Below are positions 17,405 to 26,119 of a DNA stretch of 32,000 nt, piece by piece. Below the pieces are notes generated by a model. It was not told the origin of the DNA. It was given only the letters and a program-made list of their open reading frames with translations, and did not search any database. Made by a program: the position numbers and the translations under genes. This DNA is from Ignicoccus pacificus DSM 13166 (GTDB lineage Archaea > Thermoproteota > Thermoprotei_A > Sulfolobales > Ignicoccaceae), in assembly GCA_025340205.1 (NCBI GenBank), contig CP006868.1, positions 1,620,001-1,652,000 of the forward strand, given 5' to 3'. The number at the start of each line of letters is the position of its first letter. Within the stretch, counting starts at the first letter, position 1.

Positions 17405-18717
17405 AGGATTTCCTCTACGTCGACCAATATCCTCTTTACGTGACCCTGATGCCTTAGAAACACCTCCCCTCGGGGCAATGCCTTCAATAATCTATATTGT
17501 TCTCCTAGAAGCTTGAAGTATAGGTCCTCATTCTTGATACTATTCGACCTAAAGAGTATCATCGTGTGTGTATTAGTTAATATCGCATCGCTTAAGTCGC
17601 CAAGCTCTTGTGTCGATAAAACCACGCCGACGCCTTTGCTGCGCCCCTCCCTAACTAGCTCTTCCATCAATTCCTCCGAAACAATCCACGCTTCATCTAT
17701 TACGACAAGTCTTCTAAGTCTTTTCGTTGGATTCATTTCTATTATCTCATTTAGAATATTTAACATAATATCGTTTATCTTTTCATTCCTTAATCTAGGA
17801 TCACCATGATACGTTATTACATTTACCTCAAGATCAACCTTCTCCAAAATATACCTTAAATCACCTTTAGGATCAACCACAGTTACGTCAACATCTTCGC
17901 TAAGAGTTTTTAGCCTATATATTAGAGAGGCTAGAAAAGTAGTCTTCCCAGAACCCGTAGAGCCAACTACACCTACATGATGAGTCAAATCATCATATCC
18001 TAGAAATACTGGCTCATTTGTCGATATGTCTTTCCCTATATATATTCCATTGATATCTGATTTCTTGACATGGGGATACACTAGCCCTAGGGATTCAGCG
18101 GTACAAGTGATGTCCTTACTCTTTATTATGTTTACGTTTATCAATCTCTTCAGCTCTCTGTTATTAATTTTCCTCACCTTCGCACCTAAGAGGTTCTCGA
18201 GTACTACTGAGATGAACTGCATCTCAGAGCGCAACTTATTTAGTTCGTTTGAGTATAACAGATACTTCAAGTTAATACTAGCAGGAGGAACTCCTTCGCT
18301 TAGCACCTTATATAACTTCTCAAGTACCCTAAGTTTTCTATCAACCTTTACGTCTGTAGGATCGCTCATCTTCAATACCCTCAAACTAGTTATTTCTCTC
18401 TCAAGTTTCGCTAATATGTCGTTAACTGCAATTGGTTTCTTCACCAATCTTATCTCTAATATCATTCCTGGAGCCGCTCTTTGGAGAGCATAAGAATACT
18501 GCCTTATGGTCTCATAATATTCATCGTAAAGCCTACTCGGATCAATATCTACAACCTCTATTCCTCCGACAAATATCACCTTTTTCCCGTAGACAACCTT
18601 TATTATACCGTCTTCTACATTGAACATTCTCTTTCTCTTTATTCTATTACTTCGTTTACATACTATTAAGGCGACTAGCGTAGGCACCAAGATCTCAAAT
18701 ATCATTACCTCTACCAT
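17308..18717 (-). CDS. Membrane-anchored FtsK/HerA/VirB4-superfamily P-loop ATPase (CedB/TedB-like candidate)
   Basis: N-terminal TM IFEILVPTLVALIVC. Walker A THHVGVVGSTGSGKTTFL (about 17941-17985). Walker B RRLVVIDEAWIV (about 17688-17720). The N-terminal half is about 230 aa and non-P-loop, as in VirB4/HerA-like proteins. Its start overlaps the stop of the upstream membrane-protein gene. Confidence 0.7.
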   Translation of the reverse strand: MVEVMIFEILVPTLVALIVCKRSNRIKRKRMFNVEDGIIKVVYGKKVIFVGGIEVVDIDPSRLYDEYYETIRQYSYALQRAAPGMILEIRLVKKPIAVNDILAKLEREITSLRVLKMSDPTDVKVDRKLRVLEKLYKVLSEGVPPASINLKYLLYSNELNKLRSEMQFISVVLENLLGAKVRKINNRELKRLINVNIIKSKDITCTAESLGLVYPHVKKSDINGIYIGKDISTNEPVFLGYDDLTHHVGVVGSTGSGKTTFLASLIYRLKTLSEDVDVTVVDPKGDLRYILEKVDLEVNVITYHGDPRLRNEKINDIMLNILNEIIEMNPTKRLRRLVVIDEAWIVSEELMEELVREGRSKGVGVVLSTQELGDLSDAILTNTHTMILFRSNSIKNEDLYFKLLGEQYRLLKALPRGEVFLRHQGHVKRILVDVEEILQVLTSTTLKSSIPNSSSTSLALLKEDGGNSE

Positions 18718-20297
18718 AACTTAATACTCAATCTCTTAACGCCGCCAGAGATGAGCGAAGCTATAGCATACGTACTCATCGACATAATTATTATATGTAT
18801 TATTGGGACTGCGGTTATGAAGAACGGCAACAGAAGTATATCAAACTCATTATACTTATACTTACCTAGAACCTCCAGAACTTGAAGCCCTAGTTTATTT
18901 GCTAAGTATCCATACCCAACTATTCTAGGAGGCTCAAACGTCGTCTGTTCTCCAGTAATTGCTACCGTCACGTCCTTCCCTTGAGGCACGTACATCTTCA
19001 AAATCCATACGTCTATTCCGTACCACTCCTTTCTCAAAAGTATCGGATTTCTTGCACCGCTGCTAACGTAAACGCCCATACCCTTGGGATCGAACAATCC
19101 CGAGGTAGAGAGGGTAACGTTACATGCACTCCCTACATGAAAAGAGACAACAAACCTCATCTGTCCACTACTCAACGTCTCGAATTTGGGACCCGAGGTT
19201 ATCTCATAATAGCAATTTTGAGGGAAGTAGAGAACGATACCTGAATCCGGCATGACTATGCCTTTGAATGACATCTTCATTCCGTTCTTAACTGTCATAG
19301 GCTCCAGGCCCATTTTCCTCATATCAATTATACCCTTGTTTATAGTAATTCCTAATATTTGTAAGGTGAAATTTGTGTAAGGCCACGGAGCCCCACCTAG
19401 CATATAGGCTGTGTTAACCTCCCCCTTAGGGCCGGCTGGGTAGATACCACAGATGCCCTTGAGGTCGCACAATTGAAGTACGGAATACGCTAGAGGATGC
19501 CACTTACTGTCGTACAGCATTGCTTGAAAGTAGCTAACATTGCTCATGAAGGAGGGGGATTTTATTCCCAAGAAGCTATTCCATAAATTGGAAAATAGTG
19601 GATCATAGAGGGCAATTAACTTTAGTACCAATATAACTAATGGACCCATTATATAAGTTACCATAGCTAGTGCAATGAGAAATGCTCCTGATGCTTTGGT
19701 TATTCTAAAAGGGATCCCGACCATCACTATTCCCGATGCAAGCATAAAAGGCGCCAAGAGTTCCGATATTCTGCTTACAATGTAGAGAAAAGTCCATGCA
19801 TATATACCGGATTTCAGTGTTGTCAATAGCATGTCCATAAAGGGTTTCGTAAATATATTCGTAAACATATAGAACTTTGAGTATAAGTAGTAAATACCCA
19901 TAATAATAGTGCCTAGAGGAATGTTTTCGTAATTGAACTTGAAAAGCATGTTAATTACTTTTGAAATGTAATTCAAAGCTAGATAAAGTGTTCCTAAGTT
20001 TTTCGCTATTGATAATATCTCATTCACGTAGTCCTCTCTGTTAATACCCATCATTTTGTATGCGTAGCTCATTCCCCATATTATCATAGTAAAGAAAGAT
20101 ACTAGGGCTATGGTAAGAAGACCGTCACTTATTAAGGCAGGGGCCCACTTTTTTATCCCCTTTATTGGAATAGGGAGAGAATATATTAGAACACCTAGGA
20201 AGTACGTAAATACACCTAACGCGGTCGCTAAGCTCAACAGCTGCCATATTATGTCCATCTCACACCCTATTTGATAACGCCCAAAGTTCCCGTACAC
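18711..20297 (-). CDS. Polytopic membrane protein with a large extracellular domain (VirB6/CedA-like candidate)
   Basis: About 6 TM segments lie in the first 235 aa. A beta-rich, Cys-containing soluble region of about 250 aa follows, with N-x-S/T sequons. It ends in a final TM (FDILLLPFFITAVPIIHIIIMSMSTYAIASLI). An alternative start is the ATG at 20258 (MDIIWQLL). Confidence 0.6.
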   Translation of the reverse strand: MYGNFGRYQIGCEMDIIWQLLSLATALGVFTYFLGVLIYSLPIPIKGIKKWAPALISDGLLTIALVSFFTMIIWGMSYAYKMMGINREDYVNEILSIAKNLGTLYLALNYISKVINMLFKFNYENIPLGTIIMGIYYLYSKFYMFTNIFTKPFMDMLLTTLKSGIYAWTFLYIVSRISELLAPFMLASGIVMVGIPFRITKASGAFLIALAMVTYIMGPLVILVLKLIALYDPLFSNLWNSFLGIKSPSFMSNVSYFQAMLYDSKWHPLAYSVLQLCDLKGICGIYPAGPKGEVNTAYMLGGAPWPYTNFTLQILGITINKGIIDMRKMGLEPMTVKNGMKMSFKGIVMPDSGIVLYFPQNCYYEITSGPKFETLSSGQMRFVVSFHVGSACNVTLSTSGLFDPKGMGVYVSSGARNPILLRKEWYGIDVWILKMYVPQGKDVTVAITGEQTTFEPPRIVGYGYLANKLGLQVLEVLGKYKYNEFDILLLPFFITAVPIIHIIIMSMSTYAIASLISGGVKRLSIKLW

Positions 20298-20335
20298 TGA
20301 GGATCACGAAATTGAGTAAGAGAAAGCGGTGGTTC

Positions 20336-22270
20336 ATGAGAACCGACATCGTTTGGGACATTGAAAAGAACGTGCCTACCTTCAAGAGTACTTGTTGGGA
20401 CTGTAACGTAGTAGAGCTCCCAATGACTGACCCCGGAGATGCCAGACTGGCTTTTGAAAGCGATCTAGATATATTAAGAGAAGCTTTGAATAATGAATTC
20501 GGAGCTCCCGAGTATTGGAAGGACGTAGTCGGATCCGGCGTAGTACTTGTAAATAAGGGAGCTGGACTTGATGACTTTAGAGAACTCTTCGCGAGGGGTA
20601 CTATAATCGGTAAACTGTACTGGGACTTGTTTGAAGGCAAGTGGAGGTTCAGGTTAAGCTACGCCAGCGCTAAGGTGCTATTAGAGAAAGGTATCATGAA
20701 TACCTTTGAAGTGGATGAACATCCCAAGGAAGGAGCAAATCTGTTTTCTGAAGGATGTGAGGAGGGTACACAAATAGTCTTGGTCAAGAACGGCGAACCT
20801 GTCGGCATAGGTTACTGCAGAAAAAACGGCAGGATAAGGGTAGTTACCTCCTTCCCACCGGAGATTGTGGGAAAAGAGCCTTTTCCAGCTAAGGATAAGC
20901 CAACGACTTGGGACGACGTAGTAAAACATAATGAATATAGGATTAGGATGATGACTTCCCAAGCGAAGAGATTCCTATACAACATGATTAACAAAGTTAA
21001 GAAGACGGTAACGGTTTCCTTTTCTGGGGGAAAGGATAGCTTAGTAGCGCTACATCTGACAAAGCAGCTGGTCGAACCAATAGTAGTGTTTAACAACACT
21101 GGAATAGAAATGCCTGAAACCGTTGAAACCGTTGAAAGGGTCGTCAAAGCTTGGGACCTTAAACTCGTCACGGCGGATGCCGGAGACGACTTCTGGCACG
21201 CTCTCAGAATGATTGGACCGCCGGCGAGGGACTTGAGATGGTGTTGCAAGGTAGCGAAGCTTGTTCCAATGGCTAAGTTGGTAAAGGAGAGATGGCCTGA
21301 AGGCACGCTTAACGTAGTTGGTCAGAGAGCGTTCGAAAGCATAGAGAGAGCCAAGTCCCCAAGAGTTTGGAGGAATAAGTGGTTCCCTCAAGTATTAAAT
21401 ATCTCACCCATTCAAGATTGGACTCAATTGGATGTATGGCTCTACATATATTCAAACGACCTCATGGAATTCGTCAACCCTCTATACTTCAAGGGGTTCG
21501 AGAGGGTTGGTTGCTTCATGTGCCCAGCCAGTCTGATGGCAGAGTTTGAGTTTACTAAGAAAGTTCATCCCGAACTCTGGGGGAGGTGGGAAAGAGAATT
21601 AGAAAGGTGGAGAAAGTTATTGGGACTTCCAGAAGAGTGGAGCAAGTATGGTTTGTGGAGATGGCTATCCTATTCTACGAAAAAGAAGACCATTCTTAGA
21701 AAGCTTGGAATAGAGTATGACTGGAAACGAGAATTTGAGGGACGAATACATCCATCAATAGTGGAGAAGACTATCGAAAACGAAAGGGTTGAACTTGAGT
21801 TCTCCTCTCGAATAGACTTAGCTTTGAAGGACCAGTATAGCGTACTCGGTAAGCCGAGTGAAGATGGCATAGTTTCAGATGAGATCAAAGTATCATTCGG
21901 TCAAAGGAAGGTTGCGATAATCGGTAGTAACCCGATAGAGGGCGCTATAGAAGTTTCCGCCCTCATTCAAAGATGGTTCAAGTGCTTGAGGTGTAAGAGC
22001 TGCGAAGTGTGGTGTCCTACGGGTTCAATAAAGGTTACCACGAGACCTAAGATAGATTCAGAATCGTGCATAAGTTGCAAGCTCTGTCTGCTCGAGTGTC
22101 CAATGTATGATCCGTTTGCAGATAGAGTAGTCTCTGCAGTAATCCTCGATGATCCAAACGCGTGGAAGAGGAAGACTAAGATGTCTAGAAAGGAGCTGGT
22201 TAAGAAGCTGAAGGAGAGCGTTGTAGAAGAGGCACAAGGGCTAGGTGGTGTAGGCTCAGAGGAGCTTTAA
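20336..22270 (+). CDS. PAPS reductase-family (PP-loop) protein with an N-terminal PUA-like region and a C-terminal 2x[4Fe-4S] ferredoxin domain
   Basis: PP-loop VSFSGGKDSLVALHL. It has the RWCCKVAKL and GCFMCP cysteine motifs. The ferredoxin motifs are CKSCEVWCPTGSI and CISCKLCLLECP. The ATG at 20336 is preferred to the TTG at 20312. Confidence 0.75.
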   Translation: MRTDIVWDIEKNVPTFKSTCWDCNVVELPMTDPGDARLAFESDLDILREALNNEFGAPEYWKDVVGSGVVLVNKGAGLDDFRELFARGTIIGKLYWDLFEGKWRFRLSYASAKVLLEKGIMNTFEVDEHPKEGANLFSEGCEEGTQIVLVKNGEPVGIGYCRKNGRIRVVTSFPPEIVGKEPFPAKDKPTTWDDVVKHNEYRIRMMTSQAKRFLYNMINKVKKTVTVSFSGGKDSLVALHLTKQLVEPIVVFNNTGIEMPETVETVERVVKAWDLKLVTADAGDDFWHALRMIGPPARDLRWCCKVAKLVPMAKLVKERWPEGTLNVVGQRAFESIERAKSPRVWRNKWFPQVLNISPIQDWTQLDVWLYIYSNDLMEFVNPLYFKGFERVGCFMCPASLMAEFEFTKKVHPELWGRWERELERWRKLLGLPEEWSKYGLWRWLSYSTKKKTILRKLGIEYDWKREFEGRIHPSIVEKTIENERVELEFSSRIDLALKDQYSVLGKPSEDGIVSDEIKVSFGQRKVAIIGSNPIEGAIEVSALIQRWFKCLRCKSCEVWCPTGSIKVTTRPKIDSESCISCKLCLLECPMYDPFADRVVSAVILDDPNAWKRKTKMSRKELVKKLKESVVEEAQGLGGVGSEEL

Positions 22271-22609
22271 CTTTCCAGTAATTTTATCTATTTCGGAGCT
22301 CGGGGCGGGACCTATCCCTACGGCGGTCACTGTCCCAGGAGGCAGCTGCGTTAGGCCGGCGTCAGCTATCATCGACGCGGGTAATCCCATACTCCTCGCC
22401 TTTACATATATTTCTTTCAACTCTAACTCTGTATTAACCTTTAGCACTATTTTCTTTTGACCGCTCAATCTCCATTGCTCAACCCACGAGGGTTTCTTCC
22501 TCATCGCCTCAAAGACGGCCTCACAAGACGCGTGAGCCACTTGTGCAGCCAACTTCCCCTTTCCCATCTTTAAATCCGTTCTAACAACTATCACTTGCTT
22601 GATCTCCAT
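22256..22609 (-). CDS. pth2: Peptidyl-tRNA hydrolase, archaeal Pth2 type
   Basis: The product is 117 aa. KQVIVVRTDLKMGKGKLAAQVAHAS and DAGLTQLPPGTVTAVGIGP are the Pth2 signatures. Confidence 0.9.
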   Translation of the reverse strand: MEIKQVIVVRTDLKMGKGKLAAQVAHASCEAVFEAMRKKPSWVEQWRLSGQKKIVLKVNTELELKEIYVKARSMGLPASMIADAGLTQLPPGTVTAVGIGPAPSSEIDKITGKLKLL

Positions 22610-23601
22610 TTCTCCAACACCTCTTCGATATCTCTTGAATCCAAGTTAAGACCACTCATCTTAATTGAGTGAATTAAATCCTTCTCGTTCATCCTTAACC
22701 ATTCCCCTACCTCTATTATTTTCTCTTTAACATCCTCTCCCCTCCTCCGAGCCTCTATAAGTTCCTTAGCCATCCTCCATCTCTTTTCCTTTGAACTCAT
22801 AACTTCTATTATCGCTTCCTCCAAGTTACCTCTAAGCTCATATCGTGCCCTTAGTAGCGCATATACGAGTTTGTGAACTATCGCTGGTACACCGTAAACG
22901 CTTCCCCTTAAGGTAACCTTCCTGCGTAAACATCTGGGTTTATCACAAGGAATCAAGGAAGTAAGGCCTATTCTCGGAACTTCCTTATCCACTATTCCTC
23001 CGAAGACGAATGCTTCGGCTTCAAGAACCTCTTCCGGACTCAATTCCTCTTCTGCATTGGGATCCATGAGTATGATCTTTTTCGCATCTATCTCCTCCAT
23101 GCTTCTAACTACATTAACATGGGGACTAGGTACGAGCTCCGGAGGTAAGGGCGAAGGTTCGACGAGTACCATGTTTAAATCCCATAGGAAGGTTCTGACA
23201 GCGCTTAACGTCTCATGTACTTGCAATTTCAACTTTCTTTTTTCGCGCTCTGTATGAATATAGTAAAATCCTAGATACAGTACAATTAATGGTTTTCTAT
23301 CAACTAAATCGATGAAATCTTCGACTCCTACTTCCCCCTCCCATTCATGAAGAGACTCGCTCAGCTCTTCTCCACCTCTCCACATGTACTCGACCGCGCC
23401 ATATCTTGTTCTTATTAAGAACCATCTCTTTGCATGAACTCTCTTCTTCGTGTTTATCTTACTTTTATGAACTAACATATGCACGGCTGTTTCTTGGAAT
23501 GGGTTTCTACGGAAACGGGCGTTCAGAGGGGCAACGAGCGAGGCAACGCTCTTTACTCCTCTTTGTGCCAACACCTCGGCGAGAGCTTCTCCGGGTCTCA
23601 C
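22591..23601 (-). CDS. trm10: tRNA (purine-9 N1) methyltransferase Trm10, archaeal SPOUT type
   Basis: The layout is like archaeal Trm10: an N-terminal domain, then the SPOUT core with ILMDPNAEEELSPEEV, AFVFGGIVDKE and VTLRGSVYGVPAIVHKL, then a C-terminal helical domain. Confidence 0.7.
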   Translation of the reverse strand: MRPGEALAEVLAQRGVKSVASLVAPLNARFRRNPFQETAVHMLVHKSKINTKKRVHAKRWFLIRTRYGAVEYMWRGGEELSESLHEWEGEVGVEDFIDLVDRKPLIVLYLGFYYIHTEREKRKLKLQVHETLSAVRTFLWDLNMVLVEPSPLPPELVPSPHVNVVRSMEEIDAKKIILMDPNAEEELSPEEVLEAEAFVFGGIVDKEVPRIGLTSLIPCDKPRCLRRKVTLRGSVYGVPAIVHKLVYALLRARYELRGNLEEAIIEVMSSKEKRWRMAKELIEARRRGEDVKEKIIEVGEWLRMNEKDLIHSIKMSGLNLDSRDIEEVLEKWRSSK

Positions 23602-23670
23602 TTTCGTTGAGCACCTGGATGAGGAAAAGAGCGGTGCTGATAAGATGAAGAGGCTGAGCTACTCCGACAG

Positions 23671-24720
23671 CTATATGTATCCCTCCTTGTACATCAGCTC
23701 AGCCGTCAGCAAGCTAACTCCCGAAGCTCCTCTGAGAAGGTTATGACCCACTATTACCATCCTTATCCTACCTAGCTCTGTCACCTCGACCCTTCCTACA
23801 GTAACGCTCATACCGTTTCCGGCCATTCTGTCCAACCTAGGTTGAGGTCTATCGTTCTCCTCCCTTACTACGAGGGGGTTCTCAGGAGCTGTCGGTAAGC
23901 TCAACTCTTGAGGTCTCGACTTGAAGGACTTGAGCACGTCCTTCACTACATCAACGTCAACGCTCTTCTTCGTTTTAATGTAGAGTACTTCAGTATGACC
24001 GTCGAGTACCGGAACCCTTGTAGTAGTTGCCTCAACGCCGAACTTCACCTCCTCTATTCTTCCCTCCTTATACTTACCCAGTATTTTCATTGATTCTACC
24101 TTCACTTTGTATTCTTCTTTGGCTATATAGGGCAATAGGTTGTCTACTATAGCATACGCGTTAAGGCCAGCGAATCCAGCTCCACTTATGGCTTGCATAG
24201 TCGTTACGGTTATCTCATCGATACCGAACTCATCCATTATAGGTCTCAATGGCATTGTCATGACTGCTGTAGTACAGTTGGGGTTCTTGACGAGCTTCGC
24301 TCCCCACCTCTCCTGATGCTTCAAGAGTTGAAGATGTTCCCAGTTCACCTCAGGGTTCATTAGAGGTACGTCTGGCTCCAATCTGAATGGAGATGCGTTG
24401 GAGACTACGTTTATACCCCTTTTCAAGTATTTCAATTCTATCTCGCCGGCTACCTCGCTTGGCAATGCAGAGAATATTAGATCCACCTCCTCCTTTAAGG
24501 TATCCGGATCAGCTGCGTCAAAGACGACGTAGTCGGCAAACTTCTGAGGAAAAGGCCTTGGAATAATCCAATGTACTGCTTCGAAGTACTTCTTGCCCGC
24601 TGATCTCTTAGAGGCTCCAAGAGCTACCAGTTCAAAGTAAGGGTGATCTTCCAGTAAACTCGCAAACCATTGGCCTGCCATCCCGGTCGCTCCCAGGACA
24701 GCAACCCTAAGCTTGTCCAT
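23671..24720 (-). CDS. asd: Aspartate-semialdehyde dehydrogenase
   Basis: VAVLGATGMAGQ is the NAD(P) fold. The catalytic motif is KNPNCTT, and SGAG and the RVPVLDGH histidine are present. The length is typical for the archaeal enzyme (349 aa). Confidence 0.85.
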   Translation of the reverse strand: MDKLRVAVLGATGMAGQWFASLLEDHPYFELVALGASKRSAGKKYFEAVHWIIPRPFPQKFADYVVFDAADPDTLKEEVDLIFSALPSEVAGEIELKYLKRGINVVSNASPFRLEPDVPLMNPEVNWEHLQLLKHQERWGAKLVKNPNCTTAVMTMPLRPIMDEFGIDEITVTTMQAISGAGFAGLNAYAIVDNLLPYIAKEEYKVKVESMKILGKYKEGRIEEVKFGVEATTTRVPVLDGHTEVLYIKTKKSVDVDVVKDVLKSFKSRPQELSLPTAPENPLVVREENDRPQPRLDRMAGNGMSVTVGRVEVTELGRIRMVIVGHNLLRGASGVSLLTAELMYKEGYI

Positions 24721-24835
24721 CTCCTTCGGACCTCCAACATTCCTTAAGTTTCATCAAACTTAAGCTCAGCGCGCCTAGTGCTACGAGGATTATTCTTAAA
24801 ACCTCACGTAGGTTAGCCCGAAAAGGGATTCGATC

Positions 24836-24946
24836 ATGGGAGGAAGACAGAGGACCAGCTTGTTCATGGAGACCAGCTCCGAAAGAGCTAGAGTGGAGAA
24901 GAGGCTTCAAAGCAAGAAGGAGAAGGGTAAGAAGGGCAGGAAGTAA
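24836..24946 (+). CDS. Candidate 36-aa basic micro-ORF (unverified)
   Basis: ATG ... TAA encodes MGGRQRTSLFMETSSERARVEKRLQSKKEKGKKGRK. An AT-rich TTATTCTTAAAA lies about 35 nt upstream, and a T5 run (24951-24955) follows the stop. I have no homology evidence. Confidence 0.2.
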   Translation: MGGRQRTSLFMETSSERARVEKRLQSKKEKGKKGRK

Positions 24947-24991
24947 CCCATTTTTGGAGTCACTTCACACCCTCCTCGATAGGGCTCAATC

Positions 24992-25813
24992 GTGAGGTGC
25001 AAGCACAGAAGACTTAGGATCGCAATACCCTCGGACGCCCTTTCAGCAAATCCCTCGTTGAGGGAGAAAACCCTCGTGGCCGGTTACATAGCCAGAGCTG
25101 CCGCAGCCCTCCGAAGCGAGGCAATAGATATCTACATGACTGAGAGCGATGAGGGTTTAGACGTACTCTTAGAAGTCTTAAGATACCTTTCCGAACCCGC
25201 CTATCTTAGGAAAGTATTGATTCCTCTGAAACCTCAATTAAAATTCGCTGGAATACTACCTCCCGTCACAATAAAGCCCCTTAATGAGGGATTTAAAGAT
25301 CAAGAAGATAAGCTATTCTTTAAAGTAGGTGTGATTTTATCGTGTCTCAAGAATAACTATGCTAAGGTCCTAATAGATAAAGATGATGAAGTAACTATTA
25401 AGGTTGAAAAATGTAGAAGATACAAAGAAATACTAGTTGGGATAGATGAAAAGGGTAAACCTAGAAAAGTTTATCCAAGGAGGTATGGAATATGGAGAGG
25501 TCATTACCTAGGCTTTCAAGTCAGAACATTTGAAAATATCTATGATCTTCTAAGATTTTATGATAATAACAACTATAAGAAAGTAGGAACTTCGAGGTAC
25601 GGTGAGTGGCCAGGTAAACTAAGAGAGTTCGTTGGTAATGACGTCGCTCTGATTTATGGCTCTCCCTCGGCTGGCTTGCTTGAACGCTATGGTGAGTTAA
25701 ATCTCGATGCTTTAATTAATATCATACCTTGCCAAGGTGTCAAAACTGTGAGATTGGAAGAGGCTCTCTGGGCTACCGTAGGCTTATACTCTTCATTAGA
25801 ATTTGGACTCTAA
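24992..25813 (+). CDS. SPOUT-superfamily RNA methyltransferase, DUF171 (COG2106) family
   Basis: GTG start. LRIAIPSDALS ... LREKTLVAGYIARAAAALRSEAIDIY is the family N-terminus. GTSRYGEW, LIYGSPSAGL and the C-terminal IIPCQGVKTVRLEEALWATVGL trefoil-knot region are also present. Confidence 0.7.
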   Translation: MRCKHRRLRIAIPSDALSANPSLREKTLVAGYIARAAAALRSEAIDIYMTESDEGLDVLLEVLRYLSEPAYLRKVLIPLKPQLKFAGILPPVTIKPLNEGFKDQEDKLFFKVGVILSCLKNNYAKVLIDKDDEVTIKVEKCRRYKEILVGIDEKGKPRKVYPRRYGIWRGHYLGFQVRTFENIYDLLRFYDNNNYKKVGTSRYGEWPGKLREFVGNDVALIYGSPSAGLLERYGELNLDALINIIPCQGVKTVRLEEALWATVGLYSSLEFGL

Positions 25814-25821
25814 TTGAACCA

Positions 25822-25850
25822 TTGGACACTGTTTGGACAAGGTTTGGACA
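25822..25850 (+). repeat. Three direct TTGGACA boxes at exact 11-bp spacing
   Basis: TTGGACA begins at 25822, 25833 and 25844. The last two are full TTTGGACAA 9-mers. Weaker copies are TTGGAC at 25803 and 25890 and TTGGA at 25878. Confidence 0.9.
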
Positions 25851-26101
25851 AGTCTTGTTTGTCTCTTAGATATTTTGTTGGATTTTTATTTGGACTACTA
25901 AACCCATAGATGCTTCTAGAGGAATCGCAACTTACGTGAAGATTCTATATTTGGTTTTGTATAATATTTGTTTAGAGACTAATAAATAAAGCAAAGATCT
26001 CCAAAGTTTGGTGAAAGTACTAGAGGTAACTATCTACATGAGATGTCCCATGAATTGCCCAACTAAGTGTACTGGAGCTATGCAAGCTTAATTCAAACTG
26101 T

Positions 26102-26119
26102 TGTCCAAGGTTTGTCCAA
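26102..26119 (-). repeat. Two TGTCCAA boxes (reverse complement of TTGGACA) at 11-bp spacing
   Basis: TGTCCAA begins at 26102 and 26113 (TTGTCCAAG and TTGTCCAAA). This array is inverted relative to the one at 25822-25850. Confidence 0.9.

Noticed and set aside
18026-18669. Plus-strand ORFs of 155, 63 and 62 aa inside the HerA/VirB4-like ATPase gene
   Set aside because: They are antisense shadow ORFs with F/S/L/I-rich translations, produced by the AT-rich codon usage of the real gene.
20260-20640. 126-aa minus-strand ORF overlapping the 5' part of the PAPS-reductase-like gene
   Set aside because: It is antisense to a well-supported CDS. The translation is dominated by S/P/T/L runs and there is no promoter context.
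20681-21391. Three minus-strand ORFs (93, 164 and 113 aa) inside the PAPS-reductase-like gene
   Set aside because: They are mutually overlapping antisense ORFs within a CDS that carries clear PP-loop and Cys motifs. They are typical shadow frames.
23617-23657. C/D-box sRNA-like arrangement (GGATGAG ... CTGA ... GATGAAGA ... CTGA) in the asd-trm10 spacer
   Set aside because: The box sequences deviate from RUGAUGA. The second guide region would be only 2 nt, and no terminal stem is evident. It is probably chance.
24707-24910. 67-aa minus-strand ORF upstream of and overlapping the asd start
   Set aside because: It overlaps the asd initiation region in another frame and has no recognisable features. 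It competes with a better-formed plus-strand micro-ORF.
25822-25850. TTGGACA boxes read as bacterial sigma70 -35 elements (TTGACA-like)
   Set aside because: All gene content is archaeal, and archaeal promoters use TATA/BRE. The boxes are phased arrays in a convergent terminator-side spacer, not single sites 17 bp from a -10 element.
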